Assembly: GCA_040218735.1 (NCBI GenBank)
Contig: JAVJQW010000041.1
Coordinates: forward strand, 256,001 to 320,000
Direction: 5' to 3'
Length of the DNA: 64,000 nt
Source of the DNA: Deltaproteobacteria bacterium
GTDB taxonomy: Bacteria; Myxococcota; Kuafuiibacteriia; Kuafuiibacteriales; Kuafuiibacteriaceae
Shown: positions 9,294 through 18,648 of the stretch, piece after piece
How the letters are laid out: the number at the start of each line of letters is the position of its first letter
Numbering within the stretch: the stretch's first letter is position 1
Program-made: the position numbers and the translations under genes
Notes under the pieces: model-generated
Databases searched by the model: none
What the model saw: the letters and a program-made list of their open reading frames with translations, nothing else
Told to the model about the DNA's origin: nothing

Positions 9294-10135
9294 AAGAGGC
9301 CCCAGCGGAGGCCGGCGCCGAGCCTCGCCAGCCAACGTGGCGCGACTGCGCGGAGGAAACCCACCGGTGACACATCGATGACCCGAAGGTCGGGCCGATC
9401 GACCAAGGGGAGGTAACTCGCGGAGGCCGCGAGCTCGAGCGCGAAGGTGTCGCCCAGCGGGATCGCGATGCGCGTGCCCGCGTGGAGCACGAGTCCTGGC
9501 GAGGTCAAGGAGACGTCTTGGAACCCGAGCGTCGAGTGGGTCACGCCGAAGCCGCCGCCGACGCCGGGCGCGATCGATATCGCGCCGACCTGCACGCGGT
9601 ACTCGACGCCGACGAGGAAGTCGCTCTGCGTGCGAGACCCGAGGCTGGCCCAATCCGGGTCCTCGAGGGTGTACGTGAAGCGACCGGCGCCCCAGAAGAA
9701 GACGTCGCGCACGCGGACATCGCCGCGCACCACCAACCCCGCGGTCGTCGCCGCGCCCTCGCTGGTCCCGCCCTCTCCCCGAACCGACAGCCCGACGACG
9801 GCTTCGTTCTCATCCTCGAGCGCCGTCGAAGCGGCGGGCGCCACCGCGGGGGCGGGCCTCGGCGGCGGCGCCACGGCACCGAACGCGGGGGGCGTCGCCC
9901 ACGACTCCACGACCGCGGCCGCCAGGCTCGGGGTGGAGACGCGGCGGGTGTCGCCGTCGACGGCGACCTCGATCGCGCCGTCGACGCGCGCGAGCGAAAC
10001 CTCTACGCGCCGGCAGGGGGTCGGCACCCGGAGGCGGACGCGCACGTCGTCGAGGAGATCGGGCGGACCCGCGAGCCCGACGCAGGCCGGCGGCGCGGAC
10101 GAGAGCGTGAGTATCAGGGCAGCGAGCGAAATCAC
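9290..10135 (-). CDS. Secreted / outer-membrane beta-barrel-like protein of the ECF cassette
   Basis: Signal peptide, Pro-rich linker, alternating beta-strand pattern, aromatic C-terminus 'GLRWGLF'. Confidence 0.65.
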   Translation of the reverse strand: MISLAALILTLSSAPPACVGLAGPPDLLDDVRVRLRVPTPCRRVEVSLARVDGAIEVAVDGDTRRVSTPSLAAAVVESWATPPAFGAVAPPPRPAPAVAPAASTALEDENEAVVGLSVRGEGGTSEGAATTAGLVVRGDVRVRDVFFWGAGRFTYTLEDPDWASLGSRTQSDFLVGVEYRVQVGAISIAPGVGGGFGVTHSTLGFQDVSLTSPGLVLHAGTRIAIPLGDTFALELAASASYLPLVDRPDLRVIDVSPVGFLRAVAPRWLARLGAGLRWGLF

Positions 10136-10312
10136 GGGTTACCTCGTCACGCATCGGACCCGACCGGCGGCGGGGCCACCGACACGATGGGTTCCGAGAC
10201 GAGGTGTCCGCAAGGGGGCTGAGCCTTGTCCGATTTCTTCGATTTCTTCGATCGAGCGCGGCGGGTTGCGGGCGGATTGCGGGTCCGCGCACCTTCTTGA
10301 TAACGCCGTGTC

Positions 10313-11680
10313 GTGCGTGCGTGGTGCTTCGTGGCAGGCCTGTTCCTCGCCGCTTGCTCGGGGAACGAGCCGATTACCCCCGACGTGGCGCACGACGCCG
10401 GATCACACCTCGACGGGGGCGCGCTCCGGGACGGCGGCACGCGGGCCGACGCCGGCCCGCTCCGCGACGCCGGCCCCGCGGGTGACGCCGGACCTCCTCA
10501 CGACGCCGGACCTCCTCACGACGCCGGTCCGGCGCGCGACGCCGGGCTACCGCCGATCGACCCCGCCTGCACCACGAACGGCTGCCTCCGCGAGGTCCGA
10601 GTGTTCGCCTCCGCCACCCGCGCGCAGCTCGCCGCCCTGATCGCGCCGTCGCTCACGATCGACAACGGCTACACCGTCTACACGATCCGCTTCGCGACCA
10701 ACGGCGACGAGTCCCTCGCGACCGTTACCGTCCCCGACGCCGAGCCCCCGCCGGGGGGCTTCGCGATCGTCGGCAACAACCACGGCACCTCGGGCGTCGA
10801 CGACCCGTGCCGCCTCTCCGACTCCGCGTACGGCGCCGGACTCGCCGGCCTCTTCGGCGCGCGCGGAATGATCGGCGTCGCCGTCGACTACCCCGGCCTC
10901 GGCACCCCCGGCCTGCACCCGTACCTCGTGCGCGAGAGTGAAGGCGCCGCGTCGCTCGACGGCCTGCGCGCGGCCACCGCGCTCGCCGCGCGCCTCGACG
11001 TCGCGACCTCCGGACGGTACGCGGTGGTCGGCCTCAGCCAGGGCGGGCACGCGACGCTCGCGGCCGCGATGATGCACGACGACTACGCCCCCGAGCTCGA
11101 CATCAAGGCCTTCTCCGCCACCGCCCCGGCCTCGGTCTGGGATGCGCAATGGTCGACGTCCGCGCCGCTCTTCGGGAGCCACCACGTGTTCTTCGTGATG
11201 GCGTTCGCCGCGTGGGCCGATCACTACGGCTGGACGAACGACGTCTTCCTGCCTTCGGTCCGTCCCACCATCGACGGCGCCCTCGCGACGTGGTGTGTGA
11301 CGAACGACGCCGGCGGGCCGACGCTCTTCACGACCATCCCCTACGACCCCGCGCAGCTCTACGCGCCCGGCTTCGCGCAGGCCTTTGCTGCGCGGGACTG
11401 GAGCACCTACGCCGAAGTGGGCGCAGCGTTCGACGCCAACGCGGTCGCGCCCTACACACAGACCGCACCGCTGCGGATCTACCAGGGGTCGGCCGACACC
11501 GTGGTGCCCGAAGCGTTCACCACCGAAGTGGTGCAGTCGCTGCGTGCGGGCGGCGTGGACGTCGACTACGTCGTGGTCGATCAGGGCACGCACACCGATG
11601 TCGCCTGGGGCTTCCTCGCGTTCGAAGAGCGGCGCACCACCGAGTCGATCGCGTGGCTCCGCGCGCGCCTCGCAGAGTGA
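10313..11680 (+). CDS. Secretory lipase (LIP / alpha-beta hydrolase) lipoprotein
   Basis: Lipobox LAAC, 'HGTSG..D.C', 'DYPGLGTPG.HPYL', nucleophile GLSQGG, 'QGSAD' and 'GTH'. Confidence 0.88.
   Translation: MRAWCFVAGLFLAACSGNEPITPDVAHDAGSHLDGGALRDGGTRADAGPLRDAGPAGDAGPPHDAGPPHDAGPARDAGLPPIDPACTTNGCLREVRVFASATRAQLAALIAPSLTIDNGYTVYTIRFATNGDESLATVTVPDAEPPPGGFAIVGNNHGTSGVDDPCRLSDSAYGAGLAGLFGARGMIGVAVDYPGLGTPGLHPYLVRESEGAASLDGLRAATALAARLDVATSGRYAVVGLSQGGHATLAAAMMHDDYAPELDIKAFSATAPASVWDAQWSTSAPLFGSHHVFFVMAFAAWADHYGWTNDVFLPSVRPTIDGALATWCVTNDAGGPTLFTTIPYDPAQLYAPGFAQAFAARDWSTYAEVGAAFDANAVAPYTQTAPLRIYQGSADTVVPEAFTTEVVQSLRAGGVDVDYVVVDQGTHTDVAWGFLAFEERRTTESIAWLRARLAE
10448..10546 (+). repeat. 18-nt period tandem repeat encoding DAGPxx units
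   Basis: GACGCCGG recurs at 10448, 10466, 10484, 10502, 10520 and 10538. The units at 10484 and 10502 are identical. Confidence 0.85.
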
Positions 11681-13702
11681 TCACCGTTCGAGCTGCGCGG
11701 CGCGCTCCACCAGCTGGACGAGCTCCTTGCGTCGGCCGTCGCGATCCTCGCCCAGCGATCCGCGCGCGAGTTTGGCGATCGCCTCGTAGGAGATTCGTCC
11801 CTGGTACGGCGAGTCGGCGAGGCGCATCCCGAACGCCGCAACCGCGGTTGCAAACCGCAGGTCGTGCGGTGCGCCGAGGTGGTGTCCCTTCCACGCGTGG
11901 ACCGAGCGTTCGATCTTGCGGCTCGTGTCGCCGTGCGGCGGTTTGTACCGGACGCGGACCCGGAACAGGTCGTTGCGTTTGTCGACGCCGTCCGTGCTGG
12001 TCGTGTCCTGGTACAGGAGCTGGTCGTCGTCGTTCCCGGGCGCGGGGATGAGCTCGTAGAGCATCGTCACCGCGTGGCCGGCGCCGATCTCCCCGCCGTC
12101 GACGCTGTCGTTCGAGAAGTCGGTGTTGGCGAGGCGCCGGTTCTCGTAGCCGATCAGCCGGTACTTCGCGACGCGGCGAGGGTTGAGCTCGAGCTGCACC
12201 TTGGTGTCCTTCGCCACGATGGCTAGCGTCCCGCCGACGAGCTGCGAGAGCACCCGGTTGGCTTCCTCGGCGCTGTCGATCACGTGGTAGTGCCCGTCGT
12301 CGCGGTCCGCGAGGTATTCGAGGAGGCCGTCCTTCAGGTCGTCGCCGAGGCCGAGCACCGTGAGGAACGTGTTCTTCGCGCGCTGGGTCTGGATCAGTCG
12401 CACGAGCGCATCGCGGTCCGTCGGCCCTTCGTTGAAGCCACCGTCGGTCGCGACGATCACGCGGTTGATGCCGCCCGGGATGTGGTTCCTGGCCGCGACC
12501 GCGTACGCGGTACGGAGCCCCTCCGCGCCGTTCGTCTGACCGCCCGGGACGAGGCGACGGATCGCGTGATCGATCACGTATTGGTTCGCGGCGGACGTCG
12601 AGGCGAGCAGCGTCTTTGCGCTCGAGGCGTAGCTGACGATCGCGATCTGATCGTCCTCGTTCAGCCCCCGCACCGTGCGGGCGAGCGACGACTTCATCAG
12701 CGCGAGTTTGTTCGGTTCGCTCATCGAGCACGAGACGTCGACGAGGAACACGAGGTTCGCCCGCGCGCGCTTCGCCGGCCGGGCAGCTTTCGACGACAGC
12801 GCGACGCGCGCGACGAGGTGGTTCGGGTTCCACGGCGCATCGGTGACGTCCGCGATGATGGCGAGCGGGTGCCCGTCGGTCGGCGCCGGGAGGTCGTACG
12901 CGAAGTAGTTGATCATCTCCTCGACCCGAACCGCGTCGCGCGGCGGTCGCTCGCCGCGCATCAGATGGCGACGGACGTTGGCGTACGCGGCGGTGTCGAC
13001 GTCGACCGCCAGCGTCGTCACCGGGCGGTCCCTCACGGCGACGAAGTCACGCTCGATCACCGCGTCGTACTCGGGGGCCGCGTCCGGCGTCGCATCGTAC
13101 AGCGACGACTTCATCAGCGCGCGCGGGTCGTTGTTGGGCGTCGCCGTCTTCTGCTTCCACTCCATTGGCGGCTGACGGTCGACGGCGTTCGGCGAAGCCT
13201 TGCGCCGAGCGAGGGGTGCGCTGGCCGCGGGCTTCCCAGCGACCCGGCTCCGCGCCCGTCGCTCGGCGATCGCGCGCGCCCGCACTGCGCGTCGTTTGGG
13301 GTCGGCCTTCATCGCCGGGAGGGTGTCGTACCCGGGCATCGGCCGGCCGGCGGGAAGGGCGGCGTCGTACATCGTGCCGACCATCAGGAAGGCGCCGAAC
13401 GCACAAACCGCTGCGGCGACGCTCGCCGCCCCGAAGACCCAGCGCAGCGGTCGGCGACGCTTCGCGCGGTGGGCGTTCCGCGTCGCGTCCGCGGGTCGCG
13501 AGAGCGCCGCGTCGATCGCGGCGTGTCGCTTCACGTCCAGGCCGTCGGCCGGACGCGGCGCGGTGGCGAGCAGCCCCGCGAGGGATCGGATCTCTTCGAC
13601 CTCTTCCCGTTCGGCGTCCGTGAGCGTCGCCTCCAGCGAGCGCGCGGCTTCCTCGTCCAACTCGCCGAGGGCGAGCGCGGTGATCTCGACTTCGCGGTTC
13701 AT
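11681..13702 (-). CDS. Anti-sigma-like N-terminus + TM + YfbK-type vWA domain protein (DUF3520-like C-terminus)
   Basis: Start ATG 13702 overlaps the sigma stop. 'DVDTAAYANVRR', 'VRVEEMINYF', MIDAS DVSCS, 'TDG.FN.G' and 'YRLIGYENR'. Confidence 0.9.
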   Translation of the reverse strand: MNREVEITALALGELDEEAARSLEATLTDAEREEVEEIRSLAGLLATAPRPADGLDVKRHAAIDAALSRPADATRNAHRAKRRRPLRWVFGAASVAAAVCAFGAFLMVGTMYDAALPAGRPMPGYDTLPAMKADPKRRAVRARAIAERRARSRVAGKPAASAPLARRKASPNAVDRQPPMEWKQKTATPNNDPRALMKSSLYDATPDAAPEYDAVIERDFVAVRDRPVTTLAVDVDTAAYANVRRHLMRGERPPRDAVRVEEMINYFAYDLPAPTDGHPLAIIADVTDAPWNPNHLVARVALSSKAARPAKRARANLVFLVDVSCSMSEPNKLALMKSSLARTVRGLNEDDQIAIVSYASSAKTLLASTSAANQYVIDHAIRRLVPGGQTNGAEGLRTAYAVAARNHIPGGINRVIVATDGGFNEGPTDRDALVRLIQTQRAKNTFLTVLGLGDDLKDGLLEYLADRDDGHYHVIDSAEEANRVLSQLVGGTLAIVAKDTKVQLELNPRRVAKYRLIGYENRRLANTDFSNDSVDGGEIGAGHAVTMLYELIPAPGNDDDQLLYQDTTSTDGVDKRNDLFRVRVRYKPPHGDTSRKIERSVHAWKGHHLGAPHDLRFATAVAAFGMRLADSPYQGRISYEAIAKLARGSLGEDRDGRRKELVQLVERAAQLER

Positions 13703-14217
13703 CGCGCGACTCCTTTCTGCAGGGTGACGGGCTCTTCGGTGAGGCCCTGACGGACCGCTTTCAGCCCAACGTGGATGAGGTAGCCGACGTTGCTCACCGA
13801 GAGCGAAGTGACCTCGGCGATCTCGCGGTAGGTCAGCTCGTGGAGGAACTTCAGCTGAATGCACTCCCGCTGGTTCACGGGGAGGCGTTCGATGAGCGCG
13901 AGCGCGGCGTCGAGGTCCTCGGTCTCACGTGGACCGGGCGACTCGAGCTGAGCGCTGGGGGTGTCGAGGGTGGTCATGCGGCCGGCCTTTCGAAGCTCGT
14001 CGAGGCAGAGGTTTCGACAAACCTTGAAGAGCCACGGCGCCACCCGCTCGTCGGGGAGCTCCTCGGGCTCGCGGCAAAGACGAAGGAAGGACTCCTGCAC
14101 GAAGTCCCGCGCGCGCTCGCGGTCGCGCACCAGCCCCGTCGCGTAGGCGACCAGGTGGCGCTCGTGTCGCTGCACCGCGCGACGGACCCGCGCCGCCCTG
14201 TTCCTCCCGCCCGCCAT
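13699..14217 (-). CDS. ECF RNA polymerase sigma factor
   Basis: 'ARDFVQESFLRL', 'WLFKVCRNLCLD.LRK' and 'LTYREIAEVT.LS.SNV'. Confidence 0.92.
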   Translation of the reverse strand: MAGGRNRAARVRRAVQRHERHLVAYATGLVRDRERARDFVQESFLRLCREPEELPDERVAPWLFKVCRNLCLDELRKAGRMTTLDTPSAQLESPGPRETEDLDAALALIERLPVNQRECIQLKFLHELTYREIAEVTSLSVSNVGYLIHVGLKAVRQGLTEEPVTLQKGVAR

Positions 14218-14344
14218 CGGTTGTCACCCGCACAACGGGCGACCGAGACTTTTCTTAGGCCCGATCGGAAAAAAAGCCGAATCGGGCCGTACGACCGCCA
14301 ATCAAAGGGTGACAAGGCGGCCGGAATCGCGTTGGAACCGGGGT

Positions 14345-14524
14345 ATGGCTGTGTACGAGTGCGCCGAGTGTGGGGACGAGACCGACGAGGCCGTCCGCAT
14401 GAAGGTCGGGCGGAAGACCGTGAAGCTGTGTGAGGACTGCGCGGATCGCATCCGCGAGGAGCGCGAGATCGCCGGCGAGGCGGAGTCCGCCATGCAGTCG
14501 ATGATGGAGTACAAGGGGCGCTGA
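14345..14524 (+). CDS. Small zinc-ribbon protein (59 aa)
   Basis: CAECG and CEDC pairs followed by a charged helix. Codon usage is typical of the window. Confidence 0.7.
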   Translation: MAVYECAECGDETDEAVRMKVGRKTVKLCEDCADRIREEREIAGEAESAMQSMMEYKGR

Positions 14525-14530
14525 ATCGCC

Positions 14531-15367
14531 GTGACGTTCGGCGTCAGCATGGGGAAGGGCGCATCGCCCGCCCGTTGGTCGCGCCCGCGTTTCATCAAGC
14601 GCGGGACGGGGACGTGGTACCGCAAGTACCAGTCGCTGAAGTTCCTCGTGACGCGCGACCGCGACGAGGTCGCGCGTTTCCTTCGTGCGTCCTACCCGTT
14701 CGACTTCCCGCTGCGCGAGCGGCTGCGATTCCTCGCGGACATCACGAAGACCACGAACGCCGTCCGCGGCTACCACACCCTCGAAGAGATCCTCCGCGTC
14801 TGCCACCACATCTTCCTGTGCGCGGGGCGCGACGATCTCACCGTCGTCGAGTGTGGAGCCGGATCGGGATCCAGCACGGCGAAGCTGAGCCTCGCCACCA
14901 AGATCGCGGGCGGTCGGCTCGTCGTGTTCGATTCGTTTCAAGGGATTCCGGAGAACGACGAACAACATCACCTCCTGGACGGACGTGAGCTCGTGTTCCG
15001 CCGCGGCGCGTTCAAGGGGCGCCTCACCGCGGTGAAGAAACGCGTCGCGGAGTTCGGCGCACCCGAGCTGTGCTCGTTCCACAAGGGGCTGTTCGCCGAG
15101 ACGCTGTCGGCGTTCGACGGGCACGTCGACGTCGCGCTGTTCGACGTGGATCTGATCAGCTCGACAGAGCAGTGCACGTCGCACTTCTATCCGCGGCTGC
15201 GCGAGGGTGGGGCCATCTTCTCGCAGGACGGGCACCTGCGCGCGACGGTCGACCTGTACGAGCGTAGAGATTACTGGGCGGGGCTGCCGAGCCCGCCGCC
15301 GAAGATCGACGGGCTCGGCACCGGGAAGATGTTACGTCTTACGAAGCCCGCTCAGGGCGCTTCGTAG
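14531..15367 (+). CDS. TylF/MycF/NovP-family SAM-dependent O-methyltransferase
   Basis: 'VVECGAGSGSS', 'VFDSFQGIP', 'KGLFAETL' and 'DVDL..ST'. The start could instead be ATG 14549. Confidence 0.85.
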   Translation: MTFGVSMGKGASPARWSRPRFIKRGTGTWYRKYQSLKFLVTRDRDEVARFLRASYPFDFPLRERLRFLADITKTTNAVRGYHTLEEILRVCHHIFLCAGRDDLTVVECGAGSGSSTAKLSLATKIAGGRLVVFDSFQGIPENDEQHHLLDGRELVFRRGAFKGRLTAVKKRVAEFGAPELCSFHKGLFAETLSAFDGHVDVALFDVDLISSTEQCTSHFYPRLREGGAIFSQDGHLRATVDLYERRDYWAGLPSPPPKIDGLGTGKMLRLTKPAQGAS

Positions 15368-16284
15368 GCGATCGCGAGATCCGCGATGATGTCGAACCCG
15401 ATCGCTCGACGCAGCAGATCTTCGTTCACGTGATCCTCCAACGGCATCGCCGGAGGCATCGTTCGCTCCTCGAACACGTAGACGAGTCGCTCGCGCAACC
15501 CGAGCGTCTGGTTCGGATAGTTCAGCAGACCCACGTGTCGAAGGTTCCCCGGATTGCTCGGCACGTGACACGACGTGCAGTCCGCGGAGCGCATCGCATA
15601 GACGAAACCGTCGGCGGTCTCTTCCAGCTCCGCTGCGTACGGGTTGTCGGACGAGAACAGGTAGCTGAACTGCGCCGCGTACGGCTGCGTGACGCCGTGG
15701 TCGTCGACCCAGGTCCAGTCCGTCACGAGCGGACCGGGGTCGCGCGACGCACGCTCCGGATCACGACCCGACATGTAGATCGCGACGATGCGTTCGTCGA
15801 TGAACGTGAACACGATCTCGGTCGTCTGCTGGTACGCGTCCCAGACGTTCGCGTCCCACCAGAACGGCTCCGGGTACGCGCCGAGCTCCATCGCGTTGCG
15901 GAACGTGACGGGCATGCGCAGGATGATCGTGGCGTCGTCGATCTGCTCGATCGTGCCTTCGTCCTGGAACTGGAACATCGACAGGTACGCGCGACGCGCG
16001 GTGAGCGAGCCGAGCTTCGTGAGCTCGTCGTTCGCCTGTGGATCGAACGAAGCGTCGGAGTCGATTCGACCCCAACGGATCAGCCCGTCCATGTAGTCGA
16101 ACAACACGGCAGAGCGCGCGATGCCATCGGCACACGCGTCCCGTGCGGACTCGTTGTTCAGCGAAGCATCGGGACACACGACGACGAGGTCGCGTGCGAT
16201 TCGCTCGGCGGGTTCGAACGTGAAGTCGTCACCGCAGGCGGTCATCAGGGAAGCAGAGATCATCAACAGAAGGGTTCGTTTCAT
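15352..16284 (-). CDS. Lipoprotein with single C-terminal CxxCH (monoheme cytochrome c-like)
   Basis: Lipobox MTAC, 'CTSCH' and a distal Met candidate 'TMPP'. Confidence 0.65.
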   Translation of the reverse strand: MKRTLLLMISASLMTACGDDFTFEPAERIARDLVVVCPDASLNNESARDACADGIARSAVLFDYMDGLIRWGRIDSDASFDPQANDELTKLGSLTARRAYLSMFQFQDEGTIEQIDDATIILRMPVTFRNAMELGAYPEPFWWDANVWDAYQQTTEIVFTFIDERIVAIYMSGRDPERASRDPGPLVTDWTWVDDHGVTQPYAAQFSYLFSSDNPYAAELEETADGFVYAMRSADCTSCHVPSNPGNLRHVGLLNYPNQTLGLRERLVYVFEERTMPPAMPLEDHVNEDLLRRAIGFDIIADLAIAYEAP

Positions 16285-16409
16285 CGAGGTCCATTGTCTG
16301 GTTCTCTCTGACATAACTGGTCAGAGTGACCGACGGGCTCCGAAGCCGCTCGGCACGCTCGGGTCGCGCGACCGCTTTCCTTGATTGATGTAGATGTGAC
16401 CGCGAACGC

Positions 16410-16426
16410 TTAACGGGGACAGTTAA
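16410..16426. promoter_or_regulatory. Inverted repeat TTAAC-N7-GTTAA, candidate operator
   Basis: Perfect AT-rich palindrome in a divergent intergenic region of a GC-rich genome. Confidence 0.45.
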
Positions 16427-16473
16427 TGTTTCGACCTTGCGGCGATTAATGCGCTTGTCGTTGGATCGCCCCC

Positions 16474-18648
16474 ATGAGGAACGTCTGCGCGTCTCGCCTA
16501 GCTCCCCTGCTCGTTCTGGCTGCGTCGGTCCATGCCGCCGAAGCGGCTGCACAGACCACGTCGACCGTCGCCGTGCCGGCCACGATCGGCACCGTCGTCG
16601 TGCCGGTGACCGGCGGATGCACCAACACGAAGACCGGCGAGTTCTACACCTGGTCGACCGGACTGGGCGTCGTCGACTTCCGCGCGCAGGCCGGCGCCGT
16701 CTCGTACGAGGTTCGGTTCATGCAGAACGGGCGAGAGGTCGTACAGCGGCACGGCGCCCACGGTGACGAACCCGCGGGGGACAAGGTCGTTCACCGCTCC
16801 TCGTGCGGGGAGGGCGAGATCGATCCACCCCTCGGGACACACTGGCATCCACTGGGCGGCATCACGGTCTGGAATGGTGACGGCGGGCCTGCCGAAACGT
16901 GGGTCAACGAGAACTACTCGGCGCCGGTCGTCATCGCGACCATCGAAGAGGACGAGACGGGGGAGGTCGCTCTTAGCGCGGGCGCGACGACGGTCGTGAT
17001 TCCAGACCATCGCCTCGACCGCGCGACGCTCGAGGCCGAGATGATCACTGCGTACGGCGACACGTCAACCGTCTTGGACGTCGAGGTCACCACGGACGAC
17101 GGCGACCCGCTCGGCAACGCGCTCGTGCGGGTCGAGGTGGCGAACGCAGACGGCCGAGCCGGCCACGTCGGAGTCGCGCGTTCCGCCGACGGTTCGTTTT
17201 TGTCTTCGGTCGATCTGAGAACCAACGCGGCGGGCGTGGCGCGGGCCTGGCTCAGGACCTCGGACCTCTTTCGTGGGGAGGATCTCTCCGCGATTACGGT
17301 GCGCGCCCTACACGGGATGAGCGAGTCATCCGTGGAGCTCGAGGTCATCGACAACCTCGAGGAGCTGACGGAGCGTTTCGAAGGTGCGGCGCCGTTCATT
17401 CCCTACGGCGCGATGAACGAGGTGCGCAGCGGTCTGCGCGGTGACATCGGTACCGTGGACATCGCGTTGTGGATTATCGACTCGTACGCTGGCAACCCGC
17501 TCACGGGTGAGAGTTGGCGGGTCGGTCCCAACGCTCCCAACGAAGCCGACGTGGGGACCAACGTGTTCTGCCAGGAGTACCAGCACATCACCCTCGTGTG
17601 GTTGAACGCGCTTCGCCACGATCGCAGTCGCGCCTGGATTCTCAACGGGCTCGACTACGGACCCGTGCAGTGGACGGGCGGCGACCATCACTATGTCGTG
17701 GTCTACGCGGCATCCGCGGGGTTCGACCCGAATCACGAGGACGAAGACATCCTACGCATCTTCGATCCCTGGCCGTCGCAGCAGCCGGCGACCTACACCT
17801 ACGAAGAGTACGACGGGAGCCGGCTCGTCCCGTACAAAGCGGACATCGATCCGCGTCCACACCCCTACGCGGGAGCTTGCGTCCGGGCGTGTACCTCCGG
17901 TGGCGAGACGACATACCTACCGCCCTACTACCCGTCGGCCGGCGGCCCCTACCCGTACTATCCGGAGAACGAGGATCTTCCGCTCTACGAGCTCGGCCCC
18001 GGGGGTATCGGTATCAATCTCGTCCGGTTCGACGGGTGCCAGAACGACTACCTCGACGCGTGCCAGCGCGAGCTGGGGGCGCCGTACGAGCTCATCGATT
18101 GGCCGGTGTCCCCCACGGATCCCTCCGGCGGACTCTACATCGGGTCGCCTGTGGTCTTTCACCTCGCGTATCCGTCCGGCGGCACGTACGGAATCGAGCC
18201 GGACGGCGCGCTCGTGAGCAGCTACGGACGGACCCGCACCACCGGGTTCATGTCGGTGCCCGAGGCGAACGACGAGCGCGGGTGGTACGTCGACTTGCCC
18301 GAGGCCGGCCCCTTCAGGCTGACGCTGACGGCGACCGGTGCAGGAACCATGTCGGTCGTCGTGCTGGACGAAGCGCAGCGTCCGTGGGGCGCGTTCGTCG
18401 ATGTGCCCATCGAGGTGGGCGAGGTGTTCGAGGTCGAAGTCGACCCGACGGGCGTCTGCGCGCCGCTGATCTCCGCCGGACGAACGATCGAATGCTACGA
18501 ACCGAGACCCGGCCGCGACGATGGCGCGGAGCAGGCCGGGTGCGGCTGCCGGACCCATCGTTCGCGCTCGTCGATCGCCGAGGCCTTCTTAATCGTCGGC
18601 GCAGCGCTCGTGCTGCGTCGTCGGCGCGCCCAGAACGGCCGTCAGTAG
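16474..18648 (+). CDS. Secreted surface protein with MYXO-CTERM-type tail and putative Cys-His-Asp domain
   Basis: Signal peptide. C-terminal 'GCGC...hydrophobic...RRRR'. Internal 'FCQEY', 'DHHYVVV' and 'IFDPW'. Confidence 0.75.
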   Translation: MRNVCASRLAPLLVLAASVHAAEAAAQTTSTVAVPATIGTVVVPVTGGCTNTKTGEFYTWSTGLGVVDFRAQAGAVSYEVRFMQNGREVVQRHGAHGDEPAGDKVVHRSSCGEGEIDPPLGTHWHPLGGITVWNGDGGPAETWVNENYSAPVVIATIEEDETGEVALSAGATTVVIPDHRLDRATLEAEMITAYGDTSTVLDVEVTTDDGDPLGNALVRVEVANADGRAGHVGVARSADGSFLSSVDLRTNAAGVARAWLRTSDLFRGEDLSAITVRALHGMSESSVELEVIDNLEELTERFEGAAPFIPYGAMNEVRSGLRGDIGTVDIALWIIDSYAGNPLTGESWRVGPNAPNEADVGTNVFCQEYQHITLVWLNALRHDRSRAWILNGLDYGPVQWTGGDHHYVVVYAASAGFDPNHEDEDILRIFDPWPSQQPATYTYEEYDGSRLVPYKADIDPRPHPYAGACVRACTSGGETTYLPPYYPSAGGPYPYYPENEDLPLYELGPGGIGINLVRFDGCQNDYLDACQRELGAPYELIDWPVSPTDPSGGLYIGSPVVFHLAYPSGGTYGIEPDGALVSSYGRTRTTGFMSVPEANDERGWYVDLPEAGPFRLTLTATGAGTMSVVVLDEAQRPWGAFVDVPIEVGEVFEVEVDPTGVCAPLISAGRTIECYEPRPGRDDGAEQAGCGCRTHRSRSSIAEAFLIVGAALVLRRRRAQNGRQ

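Noticed and set aside
10231-10254. Short direct repeat CGATTTCTT x2
   Set aside because: It is too short to assign. It may be an operator, but nothing else supports that.
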